Positions 18,985-29,580 of a stretch of 64,000 nt of DNA are shown one piece after another. The stretch's first letter is position 1; each line of letters opens with the position of its first letter. The stretch is from IMG/VR virus record IMGVR_UViG_3300029288_000143, positions 1 through 64,000 of that record. The stretch is one strand, 5' to 3'. A program made the translations under genes and the position numbers. Source of the stretch: a virus (Duplodnaviria; Caudoviricetes). The notes under the pieces are model-generated. The model was not told the DNA's origin and did no database searches. It was given only the letters and a program-made list of their open reading frames with translations.

Positions 18985-19571
18985 ACCTGGATTCAGCAAC
19001 GTTCCTGCAAATCGGCGAGCCCGTTGGCACTCCTGAGGGGCCCGGCGTCGTCGTGGACATCGCGCTGAATCTAGCGAACTATGGCGGCGAATTGCAGATC
19101 GATCCGCCTGCCATTTCAGTAAAACTCGATTCAGGCAAAACCATACAGGCATGTCTCTGCAGCTTGGACTTCGGAGATCCAGACATCAATGCTGAAATTA
19201 GTCGAGAATTTGACCGTCTGTGGCCGCCCGTTGAATCCGTTCCAGAAGCTGGACTAGAGAGAACTGCCATCTCGCCTCGATACGATACAACGGTGTTGCT
19301 CGGCGAAACTCTAGAAGAGTTCGCGCCGGACGTTGCAGCCAAGGCAGCGGGTTTGGGTCTCGTGGACGCGATCAAAATCTACGATAAAGTCTATGCACCG
19401 CTAACGCGCGATCGACGTCCCGGTGAAGAGGTCATGCGCCTCGTTGAGCTGGAAAAGTATTTGGTTATTGAAATGAATTCGATTCCCACCCACTATCGCG
19501 ACACCATCGACACCTGGCTGATGCGGCAGTTTGAATTAAATGTCCGCTGGGTCGCTGTGCTACCCGCCTGA
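18975..19571 (+). CDS. hypothetical protein
   Basis: 198-aa ORF; RBS AAGGA, GTG start. Confidence 0.65.
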   Translation: MPVDLDSATFLQIGEPVGTPEGPGVVVDIALNLANYGGELQIDPPAISVKLDSGKTIQACLCSLDFGDPDINAEISREFDRLWPPVESVPEAGLERTAISPRYDTTVLLGETLEEFAPDVAAKAAGLGLVDAIKIYDKVYAPLTRDRRPGEEVMRLVELEKYLVIEMNSIPTHYRDTIDTWLMRQFELNVRWVAVLPA

Positions 19572-19582
19572 TTCTTTTCTTC

Positions 19583-19600
19583 CACGTTAATTTATAGTAG
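19583..19600 (+). promoter_or_regulatory. candidate phage late promoter
   Basis: CACGTTA-attta-TAGTAG. Confidence 0.6.
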
Positions 19601-19630
19601 TCCAAAACTCCTGCGAGTTGAGTTATCCCT

Positions 19631-20389
19631 ATGCCCAAACCCGGCGCGGTTATTACAAGCATTCCCGGCTATGACGTCGGTTCCGGCGCCATTGTGTTGT
19701 CGTGGCGCAATAGTATTGCAAAACTATGGCTTCAAGATAAACAAAAAGTCGTAAGACTCAAGATTCCCGAGTCTATCGTCCCGAAAATCGAAGACTTTTC
19801 GCTCAGGGCGGCGCCGTCCATAATCGATCAATCCGTTGAACAGCGACCAGATCAAATCACAGGGCTACCGAGTTTCTGGGGACCCCGAGACCCCAACTAC
19901 CCATCGAGCCTCACGGATGTGTCATATAGACCACAACAATGGTGGAACCGCATGGTGGGGAGATGGGCCAAATTATTGAATAATTCCGCTGAGTTGCAGC
20001 GCCGAATCGCTTCTCTGAAAGGTGCAGAAATGCTAAATCCACAGTCAAAACCGCAGCGTATCATGCACCTGGAACTCTGGACACCGGAGATGGAAAAGGA
20101 CGCTGAGCTGGATAAAGAGACTTTGGTCAAGCTCACCCAGGAATGTTGGGATGAGTACGAGCACCTCCGAACCCGAAGTCACCCCAGATTCGGCCGAGGC
20201 TGGAATACCCGGATTGCGGAATTCCTGGTATTTTTCATCGCCGAGAATGAGCTTACCCGAGAAGAGCGCTGCTGCTTCCTAGAATTCATGAAGACCATCG
20301 GGCTGATTCAGGAAAATGATTGCATTGAGGTCAAGACGCTGATGTCGCAGTACCTGCCCGAGGCTATGCGGATCGAAATTCAGAAGTAA
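19631..20389 (+). CDS. hypothetical protein
   Basis: 252-aa ORF. Confidence 0.7.
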   Translation: MPKPGAVITSIPGYDVGSGAIVLSWRNSIAKLWLQDKQKVVRLKIPESIVPKIEDFSLRAAPSIIDQSVEQRPDQITGLPSFWGPRDPNYPSSLTDVSYRPQQWWNRMVGRWAKLLNNSAELQRRIASLKGAEMLNPQSKPQRIMHLELWTPEMEKDAELDKETLVKLTQECWDEYEHLRTRSHPRFGRGWNTRIAEFLVFFIAENELTREERCCFLEFMKTIGLIQENDCIEVKTLMSQYLPEAMRIEIQK

Positions 20390-21807
20390 TGTTGTACCGC
20401 GGCCATCTATATCGTCTGGCTGGGTTAAGCGCCGCACCACGCAGCGCTGCGCCCAAGCTAGACCCCAAAGATAAGAAACTCACAGACGAGGATAAGAAAC
20501 CTGTACTCGAAGCATGGCAGCCCCTGACGGACAAGCTCCTGGCACAGTATGAAATTAGACCCAACGGGCCCATAGTGGTTACGCAGGAAGCCGATGGGTA
20601 CGATTTAATCTATAGTATTGACCAGGTGTTCAATTCTCCAGCGTTCATTCGATTCGACGTCTCGACGGCCAAGAAAGCCATTCAAGAAATCCAGGTCCGG
20701 CTCATGTGCTCGCCGCCGCATTCATTCGTCGCGGCGCAACCGGCTCATGTCAAAGACCTCATGATGGCATTGAAGACAATTTCAAAGTGCCAGAAGCGAT
20801 CTGGTACATTCACGCCTCTCGACGAGAACGCCGCACAAAAGGAAGCCGAGGATTACGTCGAGAACACCATTATGTTCCTGGTGAACGCAGGCGTGGAAAT
20901 AGATTTCACCAAGCAAGATGATGTCGTCGCGGCACTGGAAAAAGCCGACCTCGATGAAGGCGAAAAAGCCGCCGCGCAAGCCGCTGTTAAACAATGGGAC
21001 CGCGACGAATATACAGCTTTTGTGAAGTTACTCCAGCAGCAAGCCGGGGAAATCATCAGTGTCCGGGAATCCATTTACAAGAAAGTCGCTGAGCTGACTC
21101 GGCACGAAGCCTTCGCCGTTAGCCCAGAAACCGTCAGAATCGAAGGCTACCATAACGGCGCCGCGGTCATTGGATTAGACGTACCTTGGCCCACCGTTCT
21201 GGAACTCACGGGACGCGGCGAAAACCTCAAACTCGTGAACTTCGCCACGACTATCTGCAGTGTGATTGTGAATTCCGGGCCCAATGAAAACTTAGCCAAA
21301 GCGCTTCTCACTGCGCAAGTGGATTTGATTCTCGCGGGCGACCGTGCGGCCAACCCGAGTCTCAGCAAGCCCACGACCGATAAGCTCAATTGGACCGACG
21401 AGCAAGTCCAGGAGTTCTTGAAGACGGGCGTTGGCTTGTTGGCACACAGGGTGGATTTGAAACAGCCACGCAACAACGACCTCACGAGCGTCGTCGTGGA
21501 CAATAAAGTAATTGAATCGTATGAAAAGGGACCGGAGAATCAAATCGAAAGAAACGCAAAAGAATATCGTGCTAGCGTTCAGCGGCAGCTAAATAGTAGA
21601 AAGCCGGCCTACTGGTTTACATATTATGAAAACGATAATAAAGTAGAAGTTCACGCTACTGGAAACGGTAAAATCGTCAAAACTTTCCAAAATATTCCGC
21701 ATCGATTCGACTATGATCTGGATAAACTCCCCATGGAGACAGCGCAACGACCAGATCAAGAGAAGCCGCAAAAGAAAAGAAGCGTGAGAACTCGCGCCAG
21801 ACAGTAA
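20389..21807 (+). CDS. hypothetical protein with N-terminal tag (MLYRGHLYRLA)
   Basis: TAATG coupling; tag. Confidence 0.8.
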   Translation: MLYRGHLYRLAGLSAAPRSAAPKLDPKDKKLTDEDKKPVLEAWQPLTDKLLAQYEIRPNGPIVVTQEADGYDLIYSIDQVFNSPAFIRFDVSTAKKAIQEIQVRLMCSPPHSFVAAQPAHVKDLMMALKTISKCQKRSGTFTPLDENAAQKEAEDYVENTIMFLVNAGVEIDFTKQDDVVAALEKADLDEGEKAAAQAAVKQWDRDEYTAFVKLLQQQAGEIISVRESIYKKVAELTRHEAFAVSPETVRIEGYHNGAAVIGLDVPWPTVLELTGRGENLKLVNFATTICSVIVNSGPNENLAKALLTAQVDLILAGDRAANPSLSKPTTDKLNWTDEQVQEFLKTGVGLLAHRVDLKQPRNNDLTSVVVDNKVIESYEKGPENQIERNAKEYRASVQRQLNSRKPAYWFTYYENDNKVEVHATGNGKIVKTFQNIPHRFDYDLDKLPMETAQRPDQEKPQKKRSVRTRARQ

Positions 21808-21816
21808 AACATCTGC

Positions 21817-23019
21817 ATGAAAATTACACCGGAAATCATGGCGGAGTGCAAGCATTACCCAGATGGTACTATAGGTGTACGAAATCGTAGCGGCAGAATG
21901 ATAAAGTATGAATGCTGCGCGTCCTGTGCTGGGTGCGGCGAACCATTTTTATCTGAACATTTCTACAAAAACGGACAGCGCGTTTTTAACACGTATTGCT
22001 CTGTTTCTTGTAGAAGTAAAAATATGGTTCTTTCCGACGAAACACACCACAAAATGGTGGTGTCGCATCTCGGTAAACCTGTTTCACCAGAAACGCGTAG
22101 GAAGTTAAGCGCAGCGTCTCGTGGTAGACCAATGCCCCTGCACGTGTCGGCTGTATTGCACTCACCAGAGGCCAAACTAAAAGCCAGAGCAGGGCGAGAC
22201 GCCCACGTGGCACTGCATGGTGGAAATTTAAAACCAGCACAGCATGCTGCTAAACACAACCACTACCGACACTATATAAATAAAGCGGCAAACCGCGGTT
22301 TGATTTTTGAACTGACTAAAGATGAATTCTTAGACATAACATCTAAGCCTTGTCATTACTGCGGTGTAGCATCCAGCATCACAGTTAAAAATCATGCTTG
22401 CTGCACCACAGATGGTTTTTATGTCTGCAATGGCGTAGATCGCGTGGATTCAAGCAAAGGATATACGCTGGATAACGTGGTTCCGTGCTGCACCCAGTGT
22501 AACATAGCAAAGTTAAATAAAAATATCGCTGAGTTTTTAATTTGGGTACTGAAAACGGATTTGTTTTTACGTAATAAACCCACTAGTTTAACTTATTTCG
22601 GAGACATCATTGAGGCACAGCAGAGCGTTATGCGCGTTGTATTTGGTGAGCATAAGCGTAGGCGTAAGCACGGCAGTAAAGATTATATAGTCAGCACGCT
22701 GAGCATAATTGATTTTGCACGCCTAATAAGAACGCAATGCTTCTACTGCGGTGGAGGGTTATCTAACGCGCGTGCACGCACTTACGGGCGTAACAGAAAA
22801 CGTCCGGCTGATGGTGTAGTGCTGGAATACAATGGTTTGGACAGAATAGACCCCGATGGTGGCTATACCCTGGAAAATGTGGTTCCGTGTTGTGCAACGT
22901 GCAATAGAGCTAAATTAGATTACTCACAGGACGAATTCTATACCTGGGTAACACGCGTAGCCAACCACATTAGAAATACGCCAGAACTGTTTGATTTGGT
23001 CTCGTCCCATCTTTGTTAG
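21817..23019 (+). CDS. free-standing HNH endonuclease with two His-Cys nuclease domains and a NUMOD3-like segment
   Basis: CHYCG..NGVDRVDSSKGYTLDNVVPCCTQCN and CFYCG..NGLDRIDPDGGYTLENVVPCCATCN; SPETRRKLSAA; locally AT-rich. Confidence 0.85.
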   Translation: MKITPEIMAECKHYPDGTIGVRNRSGRMIKYECCASCAGCGEPFLSEHFYKNGQRVFNTYCSVSCRSKNMVLSDETHHKMVVSHLGKPVSPETRRKLSAASRGRPMPLHVSAVLHSPEAKLKARAGRDAHVALHGGNLKPAQHAAKHNHYRHYINKAANRGLIFELTKDEFLDITSKPCHYCGVASSITVKNHACCTTDGFYVCNGVDRVDSSKGYTLDNVVPCCTQCNIAKLNKNIAEFLIWVLKTDLFLRNKPTSLTYFGDIIEAQQSVMRVVFGEHKRRRKHGSKDYIVSTLSIIDFARLIRTQCFYCGGGLSNARARTYGRNRKRPADGVVLEYNGLDRIDPDGGYTLENVVPCCATCNRAKLDYSQDEFYTWVTRVANHIRNTPELFDLVSSHLC

Positions 23020-23043
23020 TTTGCCGAACTTCAGGAGCCCAGA

Positions 23044-24546
23044 ATGCTCAAAGAGACAATCATTTCGAGAAATTCGCTGGGTGCAACTCAGCTCACGCAT
23101 AACATTGTAGCCAATACTTATGGCAGCGCTCCGACACTTGCAACGGATGGTTTCTACATCCGCTGCGCGGCGTCTCGCAACTACGATGCCTATGAGGCAT
23201 TGTTCAGTTTCGACGGTACCGCTACCATCCTGACCAAGGCCGTCGTGAGGCCGTGGTTTTGGGTGCCGGACCACGATCCCGGCGCGGCTGGCGGCACCTG
23301 GCTGGCCGGCAAGTTCATGGAGAACATTTCAACGGGCGCTGGTAGCACTGATGTATTTGCTGCGGTCAGGAGAATCAATAGCGTCCCGGTAGCGGCTACC
23401 CGCTGCTATCTCCAGGTCGTCAGTGTTGTGGGGTTCATTCCCGTTGACCTATACATGACGGTCATGGGGATTGAAGGTATTGTTGCCGAAGTCGACATGA
23501 CGGATGTCTCGGTTGAATTGGACGTCGGGGACGTCTCGGTTATGGCACCGTTCACTCAGGCAACCCATACTACGCCCGTATCGTTCACGGCGGCATTCGC
23601 GACTGCAAACACGATTCTCTGTGCTTCGGCGCCGTTCGTGATCGATGAGGCTAACTGCCGGGTAGTATTTGTGTTGTACCGACACGTCGGTGACCTGTGG
23701 TCGGCCCCGTTGGTCAATGGCATTGGCGGCGTATCACTGACAGCCGCCGCCAACGTCATCACGCTGGCCGGTACTGCTGGGGCCCCGCTGCTCGCAGGTG
23801 ATGAACTGTGGGTTGGGGTGCAGCAGCGCCCAGTGTCGGGTGGTGGGGGCGGCGCAGCCGGTGGCGGCGACGCTATTTACACTTCCCCAAACGATTTCTC
23901 GGTTACGTTTTTGGCGCCTACGCAGTTGACCCTCACGGGACTGTCGTACACCCCGACGTTGGGACAATTCGTTTCGGTGTACTATGTTGACGTGGCCGGT
24001 ATGGCCAAGACTCTAACGCCCGACACCAACGCGTTCGCCTGGAATTCAGGGACCGGAATTCTGACCGTCACGTCCGCTACTTTTGCGGCAACTGATTCAT
24101 ACCGCGTTATGGTATTCGGCCCCGACAAATCTCTGGACCTCGCCAGTAACTCAAAACGAACAGCAGAAATTAGCCCCGCAAATCTCTACGCCACTACCGA
24201 ACCCCTGGTGGACGCCACTAACGTTGGAGCCGGAACCGTATATTACCCGAGCGACACGGGTGGTGATATGTTAGGTTACGGTGGATTGTGCCTACAGATG
24301 GTTACAAGTGGAGGTGTTACGACGACCGTAGAAGTGACGAACGACACGGCCGCGGTCCCTGACTGGCTGGACATCACGTTGGCGGGCGACGATCTGTGTC
24401 TGCGGTCATGGGCTGCCAGCTATGTAGATCGATCCACCATGGTGGACTTCGACAATCTGAACGTCCGGGCATTTCGCATCAAGTCAATAACGGCCGATGC
24501 GTCCAACGCTGTCCAGTACAACATCCGTCGCAAGGCCGTCAGCTAA
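23044..24546 (+). CDS. beta-rich virion structural/fibre protein
   Basis: T/V/A/G-rich beta-strand pattern, GGGGAAGG linker; RBS AGGAG. Confidence 0.6.
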   Translation: MLKETIISRNSLGATQLTHNIVANTYGSAPTLATDGFYIRCAASRNYDAYEALFSFDGTATILTKAVVRPWFWVPDHDPGAAGGTWLAGKFMENISTGAGSTDVFAAVRRINSVPVAATRCYLQVVSVVGFIPVDLYMTVMGIEGIVAEVDMTDVSVELDVGDVSVMAPFTQATHTTPVSFTAAFATANTILCASAPFVIDEANCRVVFVLYRHVGDLWSAPLVNGIGGVSLTAAANVITLAGTAGAPLLAGDELWVGVQQRPVSGGGGGAAGGGDAIYTSPNDFSVTFLAPTQLTLTGLSYTPTLGQFVSVYYVDVAGMAKTLTPDTNAFAWNSGTGILTVTSATFAATDSYRVMVFGPDKSLDLASNSKRTAEISPANLYATTEPLVDATNVGAGTVYYPSDTGGDMLGYGGLCLQMVTSGGVTTTVEVTNDTAAVPDWLDITLAGDDLCLRSWAASYVDRSTMVDFDNLNVRAFRIKSITADASNAVQYNIRRKAVS

Positions 24547-24556
24547 TAGGTGCAGC

Positions 24557-24838
24557 ATGATTCTTTACCCGAAAAACTACGTTGAGAAGCCGTCGACCGA
24601 GAAGCCAGCGCAGGACAGCAAACCGGCTATTCTGCTCATCAAGGCCTTGGCAGATAAAGATGCCGTGACTTACGAGGAAGCCGTCAAGGCCGTGATGGTG
24701 GCGGAGAAACAGGCAGGCCGTTATTGGACCAACGATGAGGTCTGCGAGATGGTCAAGGCCGTGGATAATGAGTGGCACGGCGACGGGAAACCAGCGGCCG
24801 TGGAAATGCTGGTCGAAGACAAAGGAAAAGTGAAATAA
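24557..24838 (+). CDS. hypothetical protein
   Basis: ATG 24557 with AGGT RBS, within track ORF 24497..24838. Confidence 0.6.
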   Translation: MILYPKNYVEKPSTEKPAQDSKPAILLIKALADKDAVTYEEAVKAVMVAEKQAGRYWTNDEVCEMVKAVDNEWHGDGKPAAVEMLVEDKGKVK

Positions 24839-25239
24839 TGCGCCCCTGCACGTCTTTGCTACGTAATAAAGAAGTCACGCTGGATCTCACGCAGGCCGCT
24901 GCCCCCACAACCTATGATGCCCTGACGGCCACCGGCGACGTCATGATCATGGGCATAAACGCGTACGTCCAAACTGCTGGTGGCGGCGATCTGACGTCTG
25001 TCTCGATCCAGACTAATCAAACCACACCATTGGTACTGCTGACCGCCGGCCAAGGCGCGGTGGCCAATCTACTGGCCCAGAGCCACCCGACCTCCACCAT
25101 GCAGACTTTGGTGGCGCCTTGGACGTTGCGGTCGGGCCAGAAGGTGCAGTACACCTTGACGGCCGCAGGTGGGGCCCACACGGGCTCCATGCGACTATTC
25201 TGCTCCTATATGCCAATTAGTCCCGGAGCTACTTTGTAG
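24838..25239 (+). CDS. small beta-sandwich virion protein
   Basis: TAATG coupling; beta-rich. Confidence 0.6.
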   Translation: MRPCTSLLRNKEVTLDLTQAAAPTTYDALTATGDVMIMGINAYVQTAGGGDLTSVSIQTNQTTPLVLLTAGQGAVANLLAQSHPTSTMQTLVAPWTLRSGQKVQYTLTAAGGAHTGSMRLFCSYMPISPGATL

Positions 25240-25253
25240 AGTAGAGGTGCGGC

Positions 25254-25850
25254 ATGATTGGTGCAATGTTCCCGGGTTGGGAAGATCTTCGAATCACAGC
25301 TTTTGAACCAAATAGCGGGGCCGATGCTCCGCAGTTGATTCAGTTTCCTGCTGCCACGACCTACGCGCCTCAGGTTTGGAGATTCCAGAACGTGGGGTCG
25401 GTGAATTTCTTGAACGCCGTGTCCCAGATGAGCCATGGTGTTGACCTGACGCAACCGGCTTACCTGCATCTACATCTCAGCAACGACGCCATCATGGTGG
25501 AAGGCGCCATCATTGGGCTGTTTGTCGCGTTGAATGTTTGCACCATTGGTGGGGTCTGGGGAACCGAAGAGATCTACTGGTGCAGCTATACGGTGCCGGC
25601 CGGCGGCATCGCGGCCAAGACGCACATCAAAACACCAGATGTTCCAATTTCGGCCGCACTACAGGCCAAGATGGGCAATAGTTCGGCCATTTTGATCAGT
25701 GTGTTTCGGGACAAAGATACTGTGGTCGCGACCCAGAACGCCGGGGCCGTGACCGAGACCCTGAATGACGAAGTCTGGTTCTTGGAATGCGACTTCCACT
25801 TCTTCAAGTACCGAGGCGGTAGCCAGAATCATGCGGCTCCGTTTGCTTAG
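25254..25850 (+). CDS. beta-rich virion protein
   Basis: RBS GAGGT. Confidence 0.65.
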   Translation: MIGAMFPGWEDLRITAFEPNSGADAPQLIQFPAATTYAPQVWRFQNVGSVNFLNAVSQMSHGVDLTQPAYLHLHLSNDAIMVEGAIIGLFVALNVCTIGGVWGTEEIYWCSYTVPAGGIAAKTHIKTPDVPISAALQAKMGNSSAILISVFRDKDTVVATQNAGAVTETLNDEVWFLECDFHFFKYRGGSQNHAAPFA

Positions 25851-25908
25851 TAGTTTGTCCGCAGTGCAAATTAGACTAAATGATCAGTAGACAATATAAA
25901 GGTGACGC

Positions 25909-27141
25909 ATGTTGATAACACCTACATCGGAAAAAATGAGGGGCTTGGTCGACCTTATTGATCTGACCGACCCCGTCGCGATAGCGCAAAGGGGCGGCAC
26001 CGTCACGGGAGCGCTGCAATTTGATGCTGTGAAAGGGGCCTACCTGGATGGCGTCAACGACTACGTCCGATATCCTGTCGGTACCCAGGTGTTCGGGGCT
26101 CCGGGTGTCTGGTCAGTAGTAATTGAGTGTACTCCGGGGTTTGAAGCCAATGACGCCGGCATACATTATTTTATATATGGATCAGCTACATCGCGTTTGT
26201 ACCACTCGGCAGGCAATCTGCTCTTCCGCATGGGGACTACATTTTATATAACTGCTGCGTATGCGGCATATGCGGCATATTGGAAAACAAACCAACGCAA
26301 CGTAATCGTGTATACGGCAATAAACGGAAGTCCAAAGCTTTACCTAAACGGCAATCTTGTTGTTACGACAAACATACAGGTAACCGCAGAAAATTTATCT
26401 TCATTGTATGTTGGATCTGACAATAGCGGATCCGGCAAGTTCCTCGGACATATCCATAGTATCAAATTCTTCAAGGGCACCGTTGCGGCCGATCTCCTGA
26501 CCGCCGGGGAGGCGGCCTCATTTTACGACCGGTCGACTTACACGTTTCGCAGTCGCGCAATCTGCTGCCTGCCCATGGGCGCAGAACAGCACGATCCGGT
26601 CAATAATCTCGTTCGTGACACCAGTGGACGGGGCAACCACTTCACCTTGGGCGACGGCACCGCGGCAACCAAACCGACCAAGTTGGCGACCCGGGGCTAT
26701 AGTTTTGACGGTGGGGATTATCTAAAAGCAAACTACAACATCATAAATGGAACCCCGTGGACAGCCTGTATGTTGGTGTCTATCACAGGTTCTAACTATT
26801 TGTTTGGTGCATATACTGGCGCGGCAGAAGTAAGGGTGAATAAGGCAATAGGAACGCCTGCTGTGCTTTTCACCACATTGGGTGCTGGCGACGTTTACAC
26901 ATACGACAACAAAATATCTACTAACGCAACCACAATAGTTAATGACCGGGCTTTGTCATTTATTACATTTAGTGACACCGACTGTGCATACTCGTCTGTA
27001 GTGAACATCATGAGTCGGTATAACAATTCGGGTCCAGCAACAGGGAACGTATATTATTTTTCACTATACCCGTTTGTTCTGACCTATCTACAACGATTCG
27101 ACGAATATCAATATGCCTTGCAAAACCTGGGGAAAATCTAA
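25909..27141 (+). CDS. LamG/concanavalin A-like receptor-binding protein (two domains)
   Basis: LDGVNDYV, KLYLNG, YVGS..FLGHIHSIK, RDTSGRGNH, GYSFDGGDY. Confidence 0.75.
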   Translation: MLITPTSEKMRGLVDLIDLTDPVAIAQRGGTVTGALQFDAVKGAYLDGVNDYVRYPVGTQVFGAPGVWSVVIECTPGFEANDAGIHYFIYGSATSRLYHSAGNLLFRMGTTFYITAAYAAYAAYWKTNQRNVIVYTAINGSPKLYLNGNLVVTTNIQVTAENLSSLYVGSDNSGSGKFLGHIHSIKFFKGTVAADLLTAGEAASFYDRSTYTFRSRAICCLPMGAEQHDPVNNLVRDTSGRGNHFTLGDGTAATKPTKLATRGYSFDGGDYLKANYNIINGTPWTACMLVSITGSNYLFGAYTGAAEVRVNKAIGTPAVLFTTLGAGDVYTYDNKISTNATTIVNDRALSFITFSDTDCAYSSVVNIMSRYNNSGPATGNVYYFSLYPFVLTYLQRFDEYQYALQNLGKI

Positions 27142-29097
27142 ATGTCTAACGTGATCACCTTGCTCCGGGCCGAGGGTTCCCTGGTAGGGTATTTCGACTT
27201 TAGGTCCGGCACCATTCAGGATTGGTCGGGCCGGGGAAATCACGGGACGTTTACCTCAACACCCTACTTCACTCGTGACGGTTTGGATTTTGGGACCGGA
27301 AACTCCCGGTACGTTAATGTTCCTGACAGTGACAACCTGCGATTGACGACCGGGTGTCTCGTGGGATTCGCGGCCGGGGGTGGTATTAGGCAAGTAGCCA
27401 ATGCGGCGTTTGTGTTCAAACGAGCCGCAACAATTGAATATAGCCTTAATTTAACTGCATTGGCTATCGTCACCGACGGCACGGTTGGAACGAATATCAC
27501 CTATACGCTTCCTTCCAATACCAAATACGTTGCGGCCAACATCACCAACGGCGCTAAATCAAACTTCTATGTCAATGGTCTTTACATTGGTGACAGTTCC
27601 AGCAACCTGACGCTGACCCCCTCGAATCAGGCCGTGAGGCTGGGAAATTTCGTCGATACCGTGACCAAGGTATCGGCTGTCCTGATTATCAACCGACCCT
27701 TGACCGCCACAGAACATTCCGCGCTGTTCAGTGAGCTTTCGGCCGCCACTTGGCCTGCCCTGACCCGTTGCATCAGCTATGTCGACACAAAGCCCCGGGT
27801 TCCGGATACTGGATTAGTGGCGGCATGGGATTTCGGGGCCCTGCAGAACGGCAAGGTTGTGGATCTGACGGGTCATGGTTATGACGCCACGGCCTTTGGT
27901 GTCGTGACGGAGCAGACCCCCTGGGGCCGCGGTGTCCGGGGCAACGGGACCAGCTCCTACCTGCAGACCGGAAACGTCGACCTCAGCACCACCGATAAGG
28001 TCACGGTCGTGATGGTCGCGAAACCCCGAGATCTTGCTGTGTCGGCTGCAATGGTTGAGTTGTCGACCGGTTTTCCATCAGCCACTGATGGTCTTGCCCT
28101 GTACGGTGGGTCCAGCAACGTGAACGCCGGTTTGCGTGGCAATACCGGAACTTGCCTTGCTTCTACTGCCGCCATGACCTCCGGTGTGCCGTTGATGATC
28201 GTGGGTGTATTTGATAAATCGCTGGCCACTAACGAGTGCACCGTTTACCTCAATGGATTTGATGCCACGGCTACCCGGACCGACCTCAACAATACCAATT
28301 TGTTTGGAAACAAACCATTCTATTTCTTGGCCCGTGGAGGAGCCTCGCTGTTCTCGAATGCCTGGTTGAAAAGCTGTGCTGTCTACAACCGTGCCTTTAC
28401 GGCCGCAGAAGTCCGGGCCACCTGGGATGCCAGCGGCCTGAAGTCTGCCGGCTGGTCCACAGACTTTGGGGTTCCCGTGAGTGTTGCGGCGCGGGGCGGA
28501 ACCGCGGGCCAGCAACTCGAAACCACAGATTTCAAGTTCCTGACCTCGACACCTCGGTATAGTGTCGCGACATCGACTATTTCCGGCACGGTCGTCAAAA
28601 CGATCTCGTGTTCGACCGCTGGTCCTTTGTTCCTGGGTTCTCCGTCCCTGGGCCAGACCCCCACAGAAGCAGCCTATGGTCAGTGGAGTTGTTGGTTCAA
28701 TAAGTCGGCCGGTGGGGTAATCGATTGGATGCCGGTCGCCAGTGACAAGATTGCGCCGGCAACCGCCGGGAACAACGGCTACCTGCTCCGCATTGATGCC
28801 AGTGAAAAAGTTTGGTTCTATAAGAACAATGGCGTGACCTTGACGCAACTATTTGCCACGGGCAATGACTACATCGTAGCATCGACTTGGTACGGCTTGA
28901 GATTGGCCCGCAGTTATGCTGGCGCCTGGACCTTGCAGATCATCGGCGGGGCTTTCACGGGCTGGACCACTGTCGGAGGCGCCACCAACAACGACTATGT
29001 TGTGTCGGGTTACCAAATCTGGGATGTAGATTCGAGTGATTTGCTGAGTATCGGAAGTTGTTGCGGGAAATATCAGTACAGGAAATCAATAGCGTGA
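27142..29097 (+). CDS. multi-LamG receptor-binding protein
   Basis: DWSGRGNHG, FYVNG, IINRPLTA, GLVAAWDF, VDLTGHGYD, VYLNG, VYNRAFTA. Confidence 0.8.
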   Translation: MSNVITLLRAEGSLVGYFDFRSGTIQDWSGRGNHGTFTSTPYFTRDGLDFGTGNSRYVNVPDSDNLRLTTGCLVGFAAGGGIRQVANAAFVFKRAATIEYSLNLTALAIVTDGTVGTNITYTLPSNTKYVAANITNGAKSNFYVNGLYIGDSSSNLTLTPSNQAVRLGNFVDTVTKVSAVLIINRPLTATEHSALFSELSAATWPALTRCISYVDTKPRVPDTGLVAAWDFGALQNGKVVDLTGHGYDATAFGVVTEQTPWGRGVRGNGTSSYLQTGNVDLSTTDKVTVVMVAKPRDLAVSAAMVELSTGFPSATDGLALYGGSSNVNAGLRGNTGTCLASTAAMTSGVPLMIVGVFDKSLATNECTVYLNGFDATATRTDLNNTNLFGNKPFYFLARGGASLFSNAWLKSCAVYNRAFTAAEVRATWDASGLKSAGWSTDFGVPVSVAARGGTAGQQLETTDFKFLTSTPRYSVATSTISGTVVKTISCSTAGPLFLGSPSLGQTPTEAAYGQWSCWFNKSAGGVIDWMPVASDKIAPATAGNNGYLLRIDASEKVWFYKNNGVTLTQLFATGNDYIVASTWYGLRLARSYAGAWTLQIIGGAFTGWTTVGGATNNDYVVSGYQIWDVDSSDLLSIGSCCGKYQYRKSIA

Positions 29098-29133
29098 TGT
29101 CGAAACATCAATACTGGACCGCGAGGAACCAAC

Positions 29134-29574
29134 ATGGCGTTCACATATAATTCCGGCCTGTTCCTCTTGGCCGACGAAACCACGGGCGTACGATGGAATG
29201 ACCCGGCTGCTGTATTCCACATGGCGCTCGTGACGGCCGCGTATGTATTTGACCCCACCCATACTGTTTACGGGGACCTAAGTGCGGAGATTACAAACAT
29301 ATCTTATGTCGCGGGTGGTAATGCCATCACTACTCGCACATGTATAAAAGACAATATAAATGATCGCATAATCTTTGATGGTGATGACGTAACCTACGTC
29401 GCGTTGGCCGCTGGTGACCTTCCGGCAGCCGGCGTGATCTATTTAAATTCCGTCGGACAGCCCAAAACCCTCGTCAGTTATAATGCCATCACGGTGCCGA
29501 TCATGCCGAGCGGTGGAGCGTTCACCATCATGGCAAATGCCACTACAGGGTATTTTATTATCTCAAATCTGTAG
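29134..29574 (+). CDS. tail/fibre-associated structural protein
   Basis: ALVT..Y.FD..H.V..DL..EI...SY.AGG pattern common in fibre loci. Confidence 0.6.
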   Translation: MAFTYNSGLFLLADETTGVRWNDPAAVFHMALVTAAYVFDPTHTVYGDLSAEITNISYVAGGNAITTRTCIKDNINDRIIFDGDDVTYVALAAGDLPAAGVIYLNSVGQPKTLVSYNAITVPIMPSGGAFTIMANATTGYFIISNL

Positions 29575-29580
29575 TGCAGT

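Noticed and set aside
21808-23043. Group I intron hosting the HNH (also considered for the GIY-YIG at 36443 and the HNH at 60296)
   Set aside because: Flanking genes are intact and spacers are too short for an intron core, so these appear free-standing
25909-29097. Diversity-generating retroelement acting on the LamG genes
   Set aside because: No reverse transcriptase and no template/variable repeat pair seen in the window, and the patches are A/T-enriched rather than A-depleted. An RT elsewhere in the genome cannot be excluded.
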